A DNA stretch of 64,000 bases from an uncultured Nitrospinaceae bacterium (GCA_964005815.1 CAXFSR010000017.1:32001-96000), one strand, 5' to 3'; positions 32,033 through 42,153 are shown, counted from the stretch's first letter. A program made the numbers and translations. The notes: generated by a model not told the origin, from the letters alone.

Positions 32033-32833
32033 TCAAAAAACAGCAATAATTTCATCTACCTTTTTTCTACTTGCTGATTTACTTGCTATGATTCTTTGTA
32101 CACTAATCTTGTAAATCTTTGATTTCTTATACATTTGTCTCGTGATTCTTAAATCATGGTTTGAAATTATGCATTGTATGCCTCTACCTCTAGATTCTTC
32201 TGCATTCCTAGCCAATCGACACTGGTCCTCAAGGTCAAAATCATCTTTTGAGTAGGAAGTAAAATTTGAAGTGGCCGAAAAAGGCACATAAGGTGGATCA
32301 CAGTAAATGATATCCCCTTCCCTTGTTTCTTTGAAAGTATCTTCGAAATCCTGACACTTGAACTTTGCTCGTTTAGCTTTTTTAGCAAAATCAAACATCT
32401 CTTCTCTAGGAAATCTTGGAGATTTATATCTTCCATAAGGAACATTAAAGAATCCCTTGCGATTGTAACGACAAAGTCCATTAAATGCGTGTTTATTCAG
32501 ATAAACGAACAAAGCACTTTTCACCATATCATTAGAGTCTAGAGAGTTAAATTTTTCTCTCAATTCATAAAATTGCGATTTAGAATTATATTCTCCAGTA
32601 AAATATTTTTCTGTTAAAACAACTAATTCCTGAGGGTTCTTTTTCAGATTTTTATACAAATTGATTAAATCAATGTTTTTGTCACAGAGGAGATATTTCT
32701 TGAAACTATTATTCAAAAACAAAGCGCCCGAACCAACAAAAGGTTCTACTAGCCGTTGTCCTTCTTCGAAATGTTCTTTTATGTTCAAGGCAATCTTTGA
32801 CTTGCCACCTGCCCATTTAAGAAATGCTTTCAT
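32033..32833 (-). CDS. dam: Dam-family (alpha class) DNA adenine methyltransferase, orphan
   Basis: FLKWAGGK, EPFVGSG, FNGLCRYN.KG.FNVPYGRY, DPPY and SN motifs. Confidence 0.9.
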   Translation of the reverse strand: MKAFLKWAGGKSKIALNIKEHFEEGQRLVEPFVGSGALFLNNSFKKYLLCDKNIDLINLYKNLKKNPQELVVLTEKYFTGEYNSKSQFYELREKFNSLDSNDMVKSALFVYLNKHAFNGLCRYNRKGFFNVPYGRYKSPRFPREEMFDFAKKAKRAKFKCQDFEDTFKETREGDIIYCDPPYVPFSATSNFTSYSKDDFDLEDQCRLARNAEESRGRGIQCIISNHDLRITRQMYKKSKIYKISVQRIIASKSASRKKVDEIIAVF

Positions 32834-32867
32834 GAAGTGATTCCTGAACTATATCTAAAAAAATTGA

Positions 32868-33920
32868 TTAAGAATTCTTTTTTGCTCTTACCATTTTAGA
32901 TGCCAGTAATAATGCATCTACCATACTCATTTCACTTGCTATACCCTTCCCTGCAATCTCAAAACCAGTTCCGTGCTCAACTGATGTGCGGATTATCGGC
33001 AAACCAAGAGTAACATTCACTGCATGAACCACTGCACCTTTCTTTTTAAAATTAAAACCTATCATTTTGCCTGGGATATGCCCTTGGTCATGATACATCG
33101 CTATCACACCATCAAAAACACTGTCTCTATTCATTGAAAAGACTACATCAGGTGAAATAGGACCAGTAATGTCTATTCCAAGAGTTTTTAATTGATTAAC
33201 TGCGGGAACAATTTCTTTAATCTCTTCAGAACCAAATAATCCACCTTCTCCACAATGTGGATTTAATGCAGCAACTCCTATTCTAGGATTTTTAAAACCC
33301 ATGTATTGCAAAGAATCAGAAAAAACTTTTCCTACATGTATAATTTGTCTTTTTTTTACTTTTTTCAAAGCATCTTTCAAACTACAGTGGGTAGAAACGT
33401 GTGCAATTTTCAATTTAGGATGACAAAACATCATCACAGGTTTTTCCCCTCCAACCAAAGAAGTTATAAATTCTGTATGTCCAGGAAACATATATCCAGC
33501 AGAATTAAAAGCCTCTTTGTGAATTGGTCCTGTAACTATTGCATCGCAGGATCTTGCTTTTACTAACTCTACTCCTACCTCAATATACTCCGCAGAGGCT
33601 TTTCCGAAAGAAGAACGCACTTTCCCAAACATTTTTTCACTCATTTTTACATTCTTAAGATCAATCACAGGAGAAAAATTTAATTTTTCATTTCGTAGTT
33701 TAAGAATTTCTGATGAGTCTATTGCTCTCAATCGATTACGTATTCCCATCTTTTGTGCATGTAATTTCAACACTTTCAAATCACCAATGACAATAGGGAA
33801 ACAACATTTCCTGACTTTCAAATTCAAGAGAGCTTTCAAACATACTTCTGGTCCAACCCCAGCAGGATCACCCATTGTAATCGATAAAACAGGCAGTTTA
33901 TTCAAGAGGATAACTTTCAA
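32868..33920 (-). CDS. pdxA: 4-hydroxythreonine-4-phosphate dehydrogenase (PdxA family)
   Basis: TMGDPAGVGPE, GHTE, LNPH.GEGG, MYHDQG and RTSVEHGT motifs. Confidence 0.9.
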   Translation of the reverse strand: MKVILLNKLPVLSITMGDPAGVGPEVCLKALLNLKVRKCCFPIVIGDLKVLKLHAQKMGIRNRLRAIDSSEILKLRNEKLNFSPVIDLKNVKMSEKMFGKVRSSFGKASAEYIEVGVELVKARSCDAIVTGPIHKEAFNSAGYMFPGHTEFITSLVGGEKPVMMFCHPKLKIAHVSTHCSLKDALKKVKKRQIIHVGKVFSDSLQYMGFKNPRIGVAALNPHCGEGGLFGSEEIKEIVPAVNQLKTLGIDITGPISPDVVFSMNRDSVFDGVIAMYHDQGHIPGKMIGFNFKKKGAVVHAVNVTLGLPIIRTSVEHGTGFEIAGKGIASEMSMVDALLLASKMVRAKKNS

Positions 33921-34016
33921 AAATTAAAAACTATTTTCAGTATTGACGTAAGGGAACATATAAACAAATATATTGTATCAAATTTTGATTAACAACGAAA
34001 AATAAGGAATTAATAC

Positions 34017-34523
34017 ATGTCGCTTGGAGTTAGTGCTGCAAAAACACTACGCAAATTAAAAGAATTGAAATTTACTCATGTACTTATGATTCCAGATTCA
34101 GAGAGCAGATTACTTTATGAAGTTTTAGAAAAAGAAACCTCTATAGAATTGATTACTCCCTGTAGAGAAGGTGAGTCGATAGCGATAGCCGCGGGACTTT
34201 GGACTGGAGGTTGCAATCCGCTCATTGTCATACAAAATACAGGATTAATGGAAGCAGGAGATTCTCTTAGAGGATGTGGTATGGGACCTCGTGTTCCATT
34301 AAGAATGATAGTTGGGTGGAGAGGATATGGAGGAGCAATCTCAAATAAATTGCCTATAGACTCTGCATATACATATACAGAACCTTTAATAAATGGTTGG
34401 GGAATTCCATTTTGGCATCTTATGAAAGATGATGACTTGGAAGTAATAGAAAAAATGAATAAAACTGCTGAAGAAACTTCTATGCCTGCTGCTGTAATTA
34501 CCGGATATACTTTTAAAGAATAA
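34017..34523 (+). CDS. ThDP-dependent decarboxylase alpha (Pyr) subunit, ComD/Ppd-like
   Basis: IPDS, REGES.AIAAG (catalytic Glu), QNTG and GWRG motifs. Confidence 0.8.
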   Translation: MSLGVSAAKTLRKLKELKFTHVLMIPDSESRLLYEVLEKETSIELITPCREGESIAIAAGLWTGGCNPLIVIQNTGLMEAGDSLRGCGMGPRVPLRMIVGWRGYGGAISNKLPIDSAYTYTEPLINGWGIPFWHLMKDDDLEVIEKMNKTAEETSMPAAVITGYTFKE

Positions 34524-34535
34524 AAAGGAACAGAA

Positions 34536-35120
34536 ATGATCGAAAGAATGGATATGCTGAAAGCTATTGCCACGAAAAGGACTGATGAAGTTGTAGTTAT
34601 GACTATGACAACAACTCTCCAATGGCCTCTTGTTTCCGAACATGAACTTGACTTTGATTTTTTAGCTTTTGGCATGGGACATGCTGCAGATTTTGCGATG
34701 GGCATTGCGCTTTCTCAACCAAATAGAAAAACAATTGTCTTCAAAGGTGATGGTGGACTATTGATGAGTCTAGGTTCTATGATTACTCTTTCAAGATATG
34801 CCCCAGAAAATATGCTGATCTTTCTTCTTGAAAATAGATGTTACGAAATGGTTGGAGGTCAAGAATTTTCTCAGAGTGTGGACTTCGAAAAAATTGCATC
34901 AGGTTCTGGTTTTCAGAATGGCGGAAGAACCGGCAAAGGGAAAATTGAAAAAATCGATACTCTAAGTGAACTGGAAGAATCCCTTCCCCGCCTACTTACT
35001 GAGGCTGGACCACATTTCGTCATTGTTCCAGTAAAGAACAGTGAAAAACTTCCTCCTGTAAATCATTCTGATCATGCCCAAAGAATCGTAAATTTAAGAA
35101 CTAATCTTCTCAAAAAATAA
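34536..35120 (+). CDS. ThDP-dependent decarboxylase beta (PP) subunit, ComE/Ppd-like
   Basis: MGHA and the GDGGLLMSLG...EN..Y...GGQ ThDP-binding motif. Confidence 0.8.
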   Translation: MIERMDMLKAIATKRTDEVVVMTMTTTLQWPLVSEHELDFDFLAFGMGHAADFAMGIALSQPNRKTIVFKGDGGLLMSLGSMITLSRYAPENMLIFLLENRCYEMVGGQEFSQSVDFEKIASGSGFQNGGRTGKGKIEKIDTLSELEESLPRLLTEAGPHFVIVPVKNSEKLPPVNHSDHAQRIVNLRTNLLKK

Positions 35121-36098
35121 TCACGGAAGAAGCACAACTTTTCCTAAAAATTTGCCACTTAAAACAAGCTCATGTGACTCATTAGATTCTTCTAATCTCA
35201 TTTCTTTTCCAATGTGTGGGCGAATTTTTCCAGACATGAGAACCGAGGAAATTCTTGCCATGGCCTCTGGCAAATGAGGAGTTAAATTCCCCGAGGAAAC
35301 ACCGTAAATTCTAACATCATTTTTACTAGCAGCCCTTATAGAAAGTTCTACTGGAAAATCTTTTCCCGTACCCGTTCCGACCATTACAATACGACCATTT
35401 AAACCATAAAGTTCTAAGTCATCCTTAAGGTTATCACAAGCTGCAGTTTCAACTACAATATCTACTCCCTCTCCATTAGTTAATTCCGAAATTCTTTCTA
35501 CAACATTCTCTACCCTGTAATTAATAGTCGCGTCAGCTCCTAACTGAAGACAAAAATTTGATTTTTCGTCTGAACTTACAGTTGCAAAAACACGGCAACC
35601 CAACATACATGCAAGTTGAATGGCAAGATGACCAACACCACCTGCTCCTCCTTGAATCAAAACAGTATCTCCTGGCTTTGCCTCTCCTTTCAAAACTAAA
35701 GCGTTCCAGGCTGTTAAAAGAGGAATAGCAAGAGATGCCCCCTCTGAAAAAGTATAGTCATCAGGCAATTTCCCCAAAAGAGGAGAACTCAAAACTGCAT
35801 ATTCTGCATAAGCACCCTGGCATCGACCCCATACCCTATCACCAGGCTTAAAATCTTCTACATTCTCTCCTACAGATTCAATAATACCTGCAAGATCACT
35901 GCCACAAATGTAAGGAAATTTAACTTGAGCTGATCGCGGATGATCTCCCATACGAATTGCTATTTCTAAAGGATTTACACCTATAGCTTCAATTTTCACT
36001 AGTACTTCATTATCTCCGGGAGTAGGTGCTGGGACATCTTCTATTGCCATTGGGGTTTCAAGTCCAAATTCACTAACCATTATCGCCTTCATAAACAC
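35121..36098 (-). CDS. NADPH:quinone oxidoreductase-like (zeta-crystallin MDR), paralogue 1
   Basis: GVNP, GAYAEY, GGAGGVG and GKVVL motifs; no structural zinc cysteine cluster. Confidence 0.88.
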   Translation of the reverse strand: MFMKAIMVSEFGLETPMAIEDVPAPTPGDNEVLVKIEAIGVNPLEIAIRMGDHPRSAQVKFPYICGSDLAGIIESVGENVEDFKPGDRVWGRCQGAYAEYAVLSSPLLGKLPDDYTFSEGASLAIPLLTAWNALVLKGEAKPGDTVLIQGGAGGVGHLAIQLACMLGCRVFATVSSDEKSNFCLQLGADATINYRVENVVERISELTNGEGVDIVVETAACDNLKDDLELYGLNGRIVMVGTGTGKDFPVELSIRAASKNDVRIYGVSSGNLTPHLPEAMARISSVLMSGKIRPHIGKEMRLEESNESHELVLSGKFLGKVVLLP

Positions 36099-36195
36099 TC
36101 CTAAATTTTAGTATGTAAAAAGAAATTGCATACAAAAACTTCTAATTTTTAAAAAATCATAACATCTTAATTTACACAAATAATTTCCTGGTTTT

Positions 36196-37170
36196 TTACG
36201 GAACAAGAATAACCTTCCCTAAAAACTTGCCTTCAAGAATATATTCATGGGATTCATTTGCTTCATCAAAACTAAATATTTTGTCTATATTCATGTTAAG
36301 GGAGCCTTCTCCTAAAAGAACAGAAAAACGTCTTATAAGTTCAGGCATTTTCGGAAATAAGTTTATGACCGCTAAGCCGTGTATATGGACATCTTTTGTC
36401 ATTACTGCAGGAACACGGAATTCTGTTTCTGGACCTTTGCCCGTTCCTGTACCGACAACGATAACTTGTCCATCAACACAAACGGCATCTATATCCTTAT
36501 CGAAATTATCACAAGCACACAATTCAACAATTGTATTTACCCCTTTTCCATTTGTTATTTCTAAACTTTTTGAAACAAAATCTTCTTCTTTATAATTGAT
36601 GGTGTAATCTGCTCCTATAGATCTGCAAAATTCAGATTTTTCTTTGGAACTTACCGTTGTAATAACTACACATCCTAATCTTTTTGCCAATTGAATTGCC
36701 GCAGAACCAACTCCCCCAGCTCCTCCCTGAATCAGTACAATTTCACCAGGTCGTACTTGAGCTTTGATTACCAAAGCATTCCATGCAGTATAAAATGCAA
36801 CGGTCATAGAGGCTCCCTGTTCAAAAGAACAAGAAGATGGCAACACTGCAGATGCCCTAGCATCAAGTCGAACAAATTCACTATAAGCACCATCTATTGC
36901 TCTACCATAAACTCTTTCTCCAACGGAAAAATCACTTACTCCATTACCAAGTTCTACAATTTCTCCAGATGCTTCAGCACCTGGGATATATGGTGGTTTA
37001 ACTAGCTTTGCATATGGGTGATTTGCTGCACGTATAGCAATATCAACTGGATTAAGACCGACCGCTTGGGATTTGATCAGTATTTCTCCTTCTTTTGGTT
37101 CTGGCTTAGGTACTTCATCAATTAACATTGGTAAATTCAGATCAAAATCATGGACTCGAACAACTCTCAT
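36196..37170 (-). CDS. NADPH:quinone oxidoreductase-like MDR, paralogue 2
   Basis: GLNPVD, GAYSEF, GGAGGVG and GKVIL motifs. Confidence 0.88.
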   Translation of the reverse strand: MRVVRVHDFDLNLPMLIDEVPKPEPKEGEILIKSQAVGLNPVDIAIRAANHPYAKLVKPPYIPGAEASGEIVELGNGVSDFSVGERVYGRAIDGAYSEFVRLDARASAVLPSSCSFEQGASMTVAFYTAWNALVIKAQVRPGEIVLIQGGAGGVGSAAIQLAKRLGCVVITTVSSKEKSEFCRSIGADYTINYKEEDFVSKSLEITNGKGVNTIVELCACDNFDKDIDAVCVDGQVIVVGTGTGKGPETEFRVPAVMTKDVHIHGLAVINLFPKMPELIRRFSVLLGEGSLNMNIDKIFSFDEANESHEYILEGKFLGKVILVP

Positions 37171-37317
37171 TTCATCTCCTCAAAATTGATGAAAGAAAAA
37201 TTCTTTCATTGTTTGGAAAGAAAAATCTTTTCTTAAGATTAATTACTATTGTAATCGAAAATGAACTGTTAGACTAGATAAGATGTTCAGAAACACTGTT
37301 TTTTAAAGGAGATATTA

Positions 37318-38622
37318 TTGCAACTTACGATACCTGATAAAGTAATGAAAGTTATAAAAAGAATAAAATCGTCAGGCTCCAATATTTATGTAGTAGGGGG
37401 AAGTATTCGCGATCTCCTGTTGGGGGAGGAACCAAAAGATTGGGATCTTGCTACTAACATGGATCTTAACGAACTTTCAAAATTATTTCCTAATAGAGCC
37501 ATAATTAGACAAGAATATAAAGTTTTAATGTTAAGTTACATGGGAACAGATCTTCAGATAGCTCAATTAAGGAGTGAAGGAAAATATAGAGACGGAAGAC
37601 ATCCTGACCTCATAAAAGCCGGTGTAACACTAAAAGAAGATGTTAAAAGAAGGGATTTTACTATAAATGGAATATACTATGATCCAATAAATTCAAAGAT
37701 TATTGACCATGTAGATGGCATTTCGGATCTAAAGAAAAGACAAATAAAGACCATAGGAGAATCTTCAGTACGATTGTCTGAAGATTATCTTAGGATTCTA
37801 AGAGCCATAAGATTTGCTGGAAAATTAAAATTCAATATAGAGAAAAACACTTTCGATAGTATTCTAAATCTATCAAATTTAACAAAAAGAATTAGTGGAG
37901 AAAGAGTAAAAGATGAGATCACTAGAATGCTTTTATCGGAAAATGCATTTCATTCAATAGAACTATTAGTGAGATCAAAAATCCTCCATAATTTATTCTC
38001 TGATTTTTTAGTTCTGCCTAAATTCAGTTCTAAATTCCTAAAAGATTTCAAGAGTTCAAAGAGAAAAATAGAAAATGCCTCTTCCACTTCAAGTGCAGTA
38101 TCATGGGCTATTTTTCTAAGATGTTTATTTTTGGAATATTATAATGATAAAAAATTTCCAGAAATTATCCCAAAAAAATCAACAATATATGTTCAAGTAT
38201 CTGATTTGTTAAAATTAAAACTAAAATTCAACAATACAGAAAGGAAAAAAATTCTAAATATTCTTCAAAATCAACAATTTCTTATCGTTTCAAATAAAGA
38301 TGAAAACAAAATTTGGAAAAAAACCCTAAGATTTCCTTTTATTATTGAAACTTTAGAATTCTTCCGTATCATGTACTCATCAAACAAGGGGTTTTCTGAA
38401 ATACTCAATTTTTGGACAGAAAAATTAAAAACTACTAGACTTGCTGATTTGCAACCTAAAAAACTCATCAAAGGTAACGATTTAATAAAATTAGGAATTG
38501 GAAAAGGACCGGATATAGAGAAAATTCTCTTAACTATTGAAGAAGAACAACTAGAAGAGAGAATAAAAAGTAAAAAGCAAGCAATAGAATTTGTAAAAAA
38601 ACAATTCATAGAAAAGAAATAA
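37318..38622 (+). CDS. cca: tRNA nucleotidyltransferase, class II (CCA- or A-adding)
   Basis: VGGSIRD...KDWD, RRDFTING, EDYLRILR and SGER..DE motifs; the poly(A) polymerase G[RK][RK]F signature is not seen. Confidence 0.85.
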   Translation: MQLTIPDKVMKVIKRIKSSGSNIYVVGGSIRDLLLGEEPKDWDLATNMDLNELSKLFPNRAIIRQEYKVLMLSYMGTDLQIAQLRSEGKYRDGRHPDLIKAGVTLKEDVKRRDFTINGIYYDPINSKIIDHVDGISDLKKRQIKTIGESSVRLSEDYLRILRAIRFAGKLKFNIEKNTFDSILNLSNLTKRISGERVKDEITRMLLSENAFHSIELLVRSKILHNLFSDFLVLPKFSSKFLKDFKSSKRKIENASSTSSAVSWAIFLRCLFLEYYNDKKFPEIIPKKSTIYVQVSDLLKLKLKFNNTERKKILNILQNQQFLIVSNKDENKIWKKTLRFPFIIETLEFFRIMYSSNKGFSEILNFWTEKLKTTRLADLQPKKLIKGNDLIKLGIGKGPDIEKILLTIEEEQLEERIKSKKQAIEFVKKQFIEKK

Positions 38623-38643
38623 GATTATGGAGGCAATTATACT

Positions 38644-39213
38644 TTGAAAGACAGAAATAAAAAAAGTCTACTTGTAACACAAGATGAAGTAAGCAAATTA
38701 ATAGAAAAGATTTCTTCTGAGATTGAAAAATCAGTTACAGAAAATGAGGAAATTGCAATCATTGGAATTAAAACCAGAGGAGAGCCATTATCTATTCGTA
38801 TAAAAGATATTCTAAACAAAAATAATTCTAAAAGAGAAATCTTAATTGGACACATTGATATTGGAGAACATAGAGATGACTTGGAAAAAACAAAAATCAT
38901 ACCTCCTACTAGAAACACAAAAATTGATTTTGACATACAAGACAAATCTTTATTTTTAATTGATGACGTTTTCAACACTGCAAGGACTGTAAGAGCAGCA
39001 ATAGATACTATTTTAGAATATGGAAGACCTTCAAGAATATGGCTTGCCGTTCTTATCGATAGAGGACATAGAGAATTGCCATTCGTTCCAGACATTACTG
39101 GGAAAAATATTCCAACAGCAAAAAATGAACACATTAAAGTTAAACTAAAAGAAATAGATGGTGAGGATAGTATATTTTTACTGAAAGATGAACTTAAAGA
39201 TAGCTCTTCGTGA
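38644..39213 (+). CDS. pyrR: Second PyrR-like phosphoribosyltransferase
   Basis: IGIKTRG, HRDD, LIDDVFNTART and DRGHRELP motifs. Confidence 0.85.
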   Translation: MKDRNKKSLLVTQDEVSKLIEKISSEIEKSVTENEEIAIIGIKTRGEPLSIRIKDILNKNNSKREILIGHIDIGEHRDDLEKTKIIPPTRNTKIDFDIQDKSLFLIDDVFNTARTVRAAIDTILEYGRPSRIWLAVLIDRGHRELPFVPDITGKNIPTAKNEHIKVKLKEIDGEDSIFLLKDELKDSSS

Positions 39214-39245
39214 GATCTGAATTACCTCACGAAGAGCTGAAAAAA

Positions 39246-40469
39246 CTAGAAATATTTCTGCCCGACACCTACTGTAGGATTCCATTCAGAACTCTTGTCA
39301 AAAGGACCTACACCATTCTCTTTGACATAGGAAACTCTACTATCATTGACTTTGCCATCATTAAAGAATCTAAAGAACCAATCAAGAATATACTGATGAT
39401 TATCTAAACCTCCAAGATTTTTTAGATTCACAAGTGGATGAAATTGATTTTCAAAAACCCACATTTCTTTTTTACAAGTTAAATCATTAAAAACTTCAAT
39501 CGCATCTTCAAGAGGGCAAAGAGGATCAAATTCACCTGTAACAAGAAGCGTTGGACATTGTATCTTGTCCATATAACCTTTTACTGTCATTTGCTTTGCC
39601 ATCTTGTCAAACTCATCTTCGTCGTCCATTCCCGCCATATACATAAAGACCTGTTTGAATCTGGGTGAAGATTCCGTGAAAATTGTATTATTTGGATTAA
39701 AACAAGCTACTGCACTTGCTACTGCAGCTGCTCTATGATCATAACTAGCTAATCTCAATGACCAATAACTACCCATACTGATACCATAAATACCAATTTT
39801 AGATGAATCTACTTCTTCTCTCTCTAGCAAATAATCAATAACGGCTGCTCCTGCCCTTTCATAATTATCTCCAACAGCACGTATCTTCTGTATATTTGAA
39901 TTTCCTTGACCAGGTCCGTCCATAGTCAGAACATGAAATCCTCTCTCTGCAGCAACATTATGTCTTACATGAGGAAAAGATTCTTTTGTCTGATCCATCC
40001 CAGGAACATAAATAATACATGGAGCATTTCTTCTATCAGGAAGCAAATGAAGCAAGCAAGATATAGTTTTCCCATCATCAAAAGGAACCTCTACCCTTTC
40101 AATTGGGTAAGAAGCAACTTCAGAACGACGGTCCACCATTTCTTTCAATTTGTCAGACAAATAAATCTTCACAGGATTATCATCATAAAAAATTGGATGT
40201 TGAGCCATACGATAAGATTCAACTGCATGATCATAATGCTCAGTTGCAGTATGATTAAAACCTTCTTTCTGTGCTTTTTTCCCTAACTCTTCGTGAAACT
40301 CTCCCGCTTCTTTCCAGACCTTAGGTAACATCTGATAGTTATGTGCCGTCTTGCCTTCAGGCACCTCCAAATAATCACGCTCAAAGTTCTGGACTCTTCC
40401 CCTAGTTTTCAGAGCAAGATCTAGCATCCATTGCTGATTATCTCTTTTGGTTCTGAGATTTTTTATCAT
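39246..40469 (-). CDS. Alpha/beta hydrolase, 2,6-dihydroxypseudooxynicotine hydrolase/FrsA-like
   Basis: PGMD..KE and DGPGQG motifs, GISMG nucleophile elbow, Asp in GEFD and a C-terminal His. Confidence 0.8.
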   Translation of the reverse strand: MIKNLRTKRDNQQWMLDLALKTRGRVQNFERDYLEVPEGKTAHNYQMLPKVWKEAGEFHEELGKKAQKEGFNHTATEHYDHAVESYRMAQHPIFYDDNPVKIYLSDKLKEMVDRRSEVASYPIERVEVPFDDGKTISCLLHLLPDRRNAPCIIYVPGMDQTKESFPHVRHNVAAERGFHVLTMDGPGQGNSNIQKIRAVGDNYERAGAAVIDYLLEREEVDSSKIGIYGISMGSYWSLRLASYDHRAAAVASAVACFNPNNTIFTESSPRFKQVFMYMAGMDDEDEFDKMAKQMTVKGYMDKIQCPTLLVTGEFDPLCPLEDAIEVFNDLTCKKEMWVFENQFHPLVNLKNLGGLDNHQYILDWFFRFFNDGKVNDSRVSYVKENGVGPFDKSSEWNPTVGVGQKYF

Positions 40470-40531
40470 TTTCTCCTCCTTTAATCATTAATTTCTCTTA
40501 TAAAAAAACTACAAATTATCAAAAAATATTT

Positions 40532-41713
40532 TTATCTTTGCGGTAGCAAAACACCTAATTGACGTAAATTTAAAATCTCATTTTCACTCAACCCGAACTC
40601 AGCAAGGATTTCATCAGTATGCTCTCCAAGAATTGGAGGAGCTGTTCTGACTGTCGATGGAGTCTTACTAAATTTAACAGATGGAGCAATCATTTTCAAT
40701 TTTCCATACTTTTTATGGACTACTTCTGACAAGTAAGACATTTCTTGCATTTGCTCATCTTTATGAAGTTGTGAGGGCAGCCTCACCTTTGCACAGGGAA
40801 CTTCAGCCTGATCAAATTTTTCAATCCAAAAATCTGCGGATTTTTTGAGTAAAGTTTTTTGGACTATAGGTATAATCTTCTCTCTTGCATCGTGACGATC
40901 TCTGAAATTTTTCCAATTATCATTTTCACTCAACTCCTTTAATCCCAGAACCCTGCATGCATTCTTCCAAAATCTTTCGACATCCATATACAAATAGATA
41001 TGACCATCTAAGGTATTGTAAATTCTCGCTATTCTATCAGTAAGTGGATCTCTAACATTCTCAAGATTTTCCTGCTCACTTGCCCAAGTCAATCTTCCTT
41101 GCTGTAAAGATACCGCACCACCTAGCAAAGAAGAGTCTATAAACTGACCAAAACCACTTCTCTCCCTAGCAAATAAGGCCATTGACACTGCAGTACTTGA
41201 TAAAGAACCAGTAAAATAATCTATGAAATGTCCTTGAACAAGTTGTGGATCTCCGCCACTGCCTTGTTCCGCAGGAATACCTGAATAAGTCTGAACAATA
41301 GGATCAATTCCTCTTCTTGATTTTAATGGACCAGACTGACCAAAAGCAGAAATAGAAAGATAAATCATCCTTGGATTACTCTCTAACAACTTATCAGGAC
41401 CAAGTCCGAGACTTTCTATAACTCCTGGACGATACCCTTCAACAAAAACGTCTATCTGCTTACACATTTCCAGAACTATTTTTTTCCCTTCTTCTTCCTT
41501 TAAATTAACTGCAATACTTCTTTTGTTTCTATTCAGACCCAAAAACAATCTACTTTCTCCATCAAATGTAGATGGAAATTCTCTAATAATATCACCACTC
41601 AATGGTTCTAGCTTGATGACATCTGCTCCTGCGTCAGCAAGCAATAAGGTACAGTATGGACCGGCAACATAATGTGTAAGATCTAAAATTTTAATTCCAT
41701 CTAAAGAACCCAT
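40532..41713 (-). CDS. Family III CoA-transferase (CaiB/BaiF)
   Basis: LDG.KILD.T..VAGP, GADVIKLE, NRNKRS and PP.LGEHT motifs. Confidence 0.92.
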   Translation of the reverse strand: MGSLDGIKILDLTHYVAGPYCTLLLADAGADVIKLEPLSGDIIREFPSTFDGESRLFLGLNRNKRSIAVNLKEEEGKKIVLEMCKQIDVFVEGYRPGVIESLGLGPDKLLESNPRMIYLSISAFGQSGPLKSRRGIDPIVQTYSGIPAEQGSGGDPQLVQGHFIDYFTGSLSSTAVSMALFARERSGFGQFIDSSLLGGAVSLQQGRLTWASEQENLENVRDPLTDRIARIYNTLDGHIYLYMDVERFWKNACRVLGLKELSENDNWKNFRDRHDAREKIIPIVQKTLLKKSADFWIEKFDQAEVPCAKVRLPSQLHKDEQMQEMSYLSEVVHKKYGKLKMIAPSVKFSKTPSTVRTAPPILGEHTDEILAEFGLSENEILNLRQLGVLLPQR

Positions 41714-41733
41714 GATTTCCTTTGTGAATTATT

Positions 41734-42141
41734 TTAGCTTATCATTTCTTTTTTTTTCATTAACTTCACATTACTTCTATTTGTGATAATCAAGAAACGT
41801 TCATTCGTTCCTTCAGCTACTTTTTCATACTCGTCAAAGATTTCTGCAGTAAAAAGACACCTCCTTCGATCTCTTTCAATTAATTTTGTCTTAACAGTTA
41901 TCTTCATTCCTTTTGGAGTTCCAGACAAATGATTCAATGATACTTTTGTACCAACAGATGTCATCTTATCTGGCAAAAAAGGAATCAATGATTCAAACGC
42001 TGTTCTTTCCATAAACCTAACCAAATCTGGAGTCGAAACCACTTCAGTTTTGCTCCCCCTTAAATGAAAAGGAACGTGTTCCTCTTCAATCAAAACCGAA
42101 TAAATACCCTCAAGTCCAATAGGAATCTCATCCAAGATCAT
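41734..42141 (-). CDS. Hotdog thioesterase, FlK-like
   Basis: STP...ME, SVG.....H and G..ER motifs; the Thr/Glu/His/Arg set is retained. Confidence 0.8.
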   Translation of the reverse strand: MILDEIPIGLEGIYSVLIEEEHVPFHLRGSKTEVVSTPDLVRFMERTAFESLIPFLPDKMTSVGTKVSLNHLSGTPKGMKITVKTKLIERDRRRCLFTAEIFDEYEKVAEGTNERFLIITNRSNVKLMKKKEMIS

Positions 42142-42153
42142 ATTTTCCTCAAA

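Noticed and set aside
34115..34705. 196 aa minus-strand ORF
   Set aside because: Antisense shadow of the two ThDP decarboxylase subunits, with no recognisable motifs.
38637..39134. 165 aa minus-strand ORF
   Set aside because: Antisense shadow of the second pyrR.
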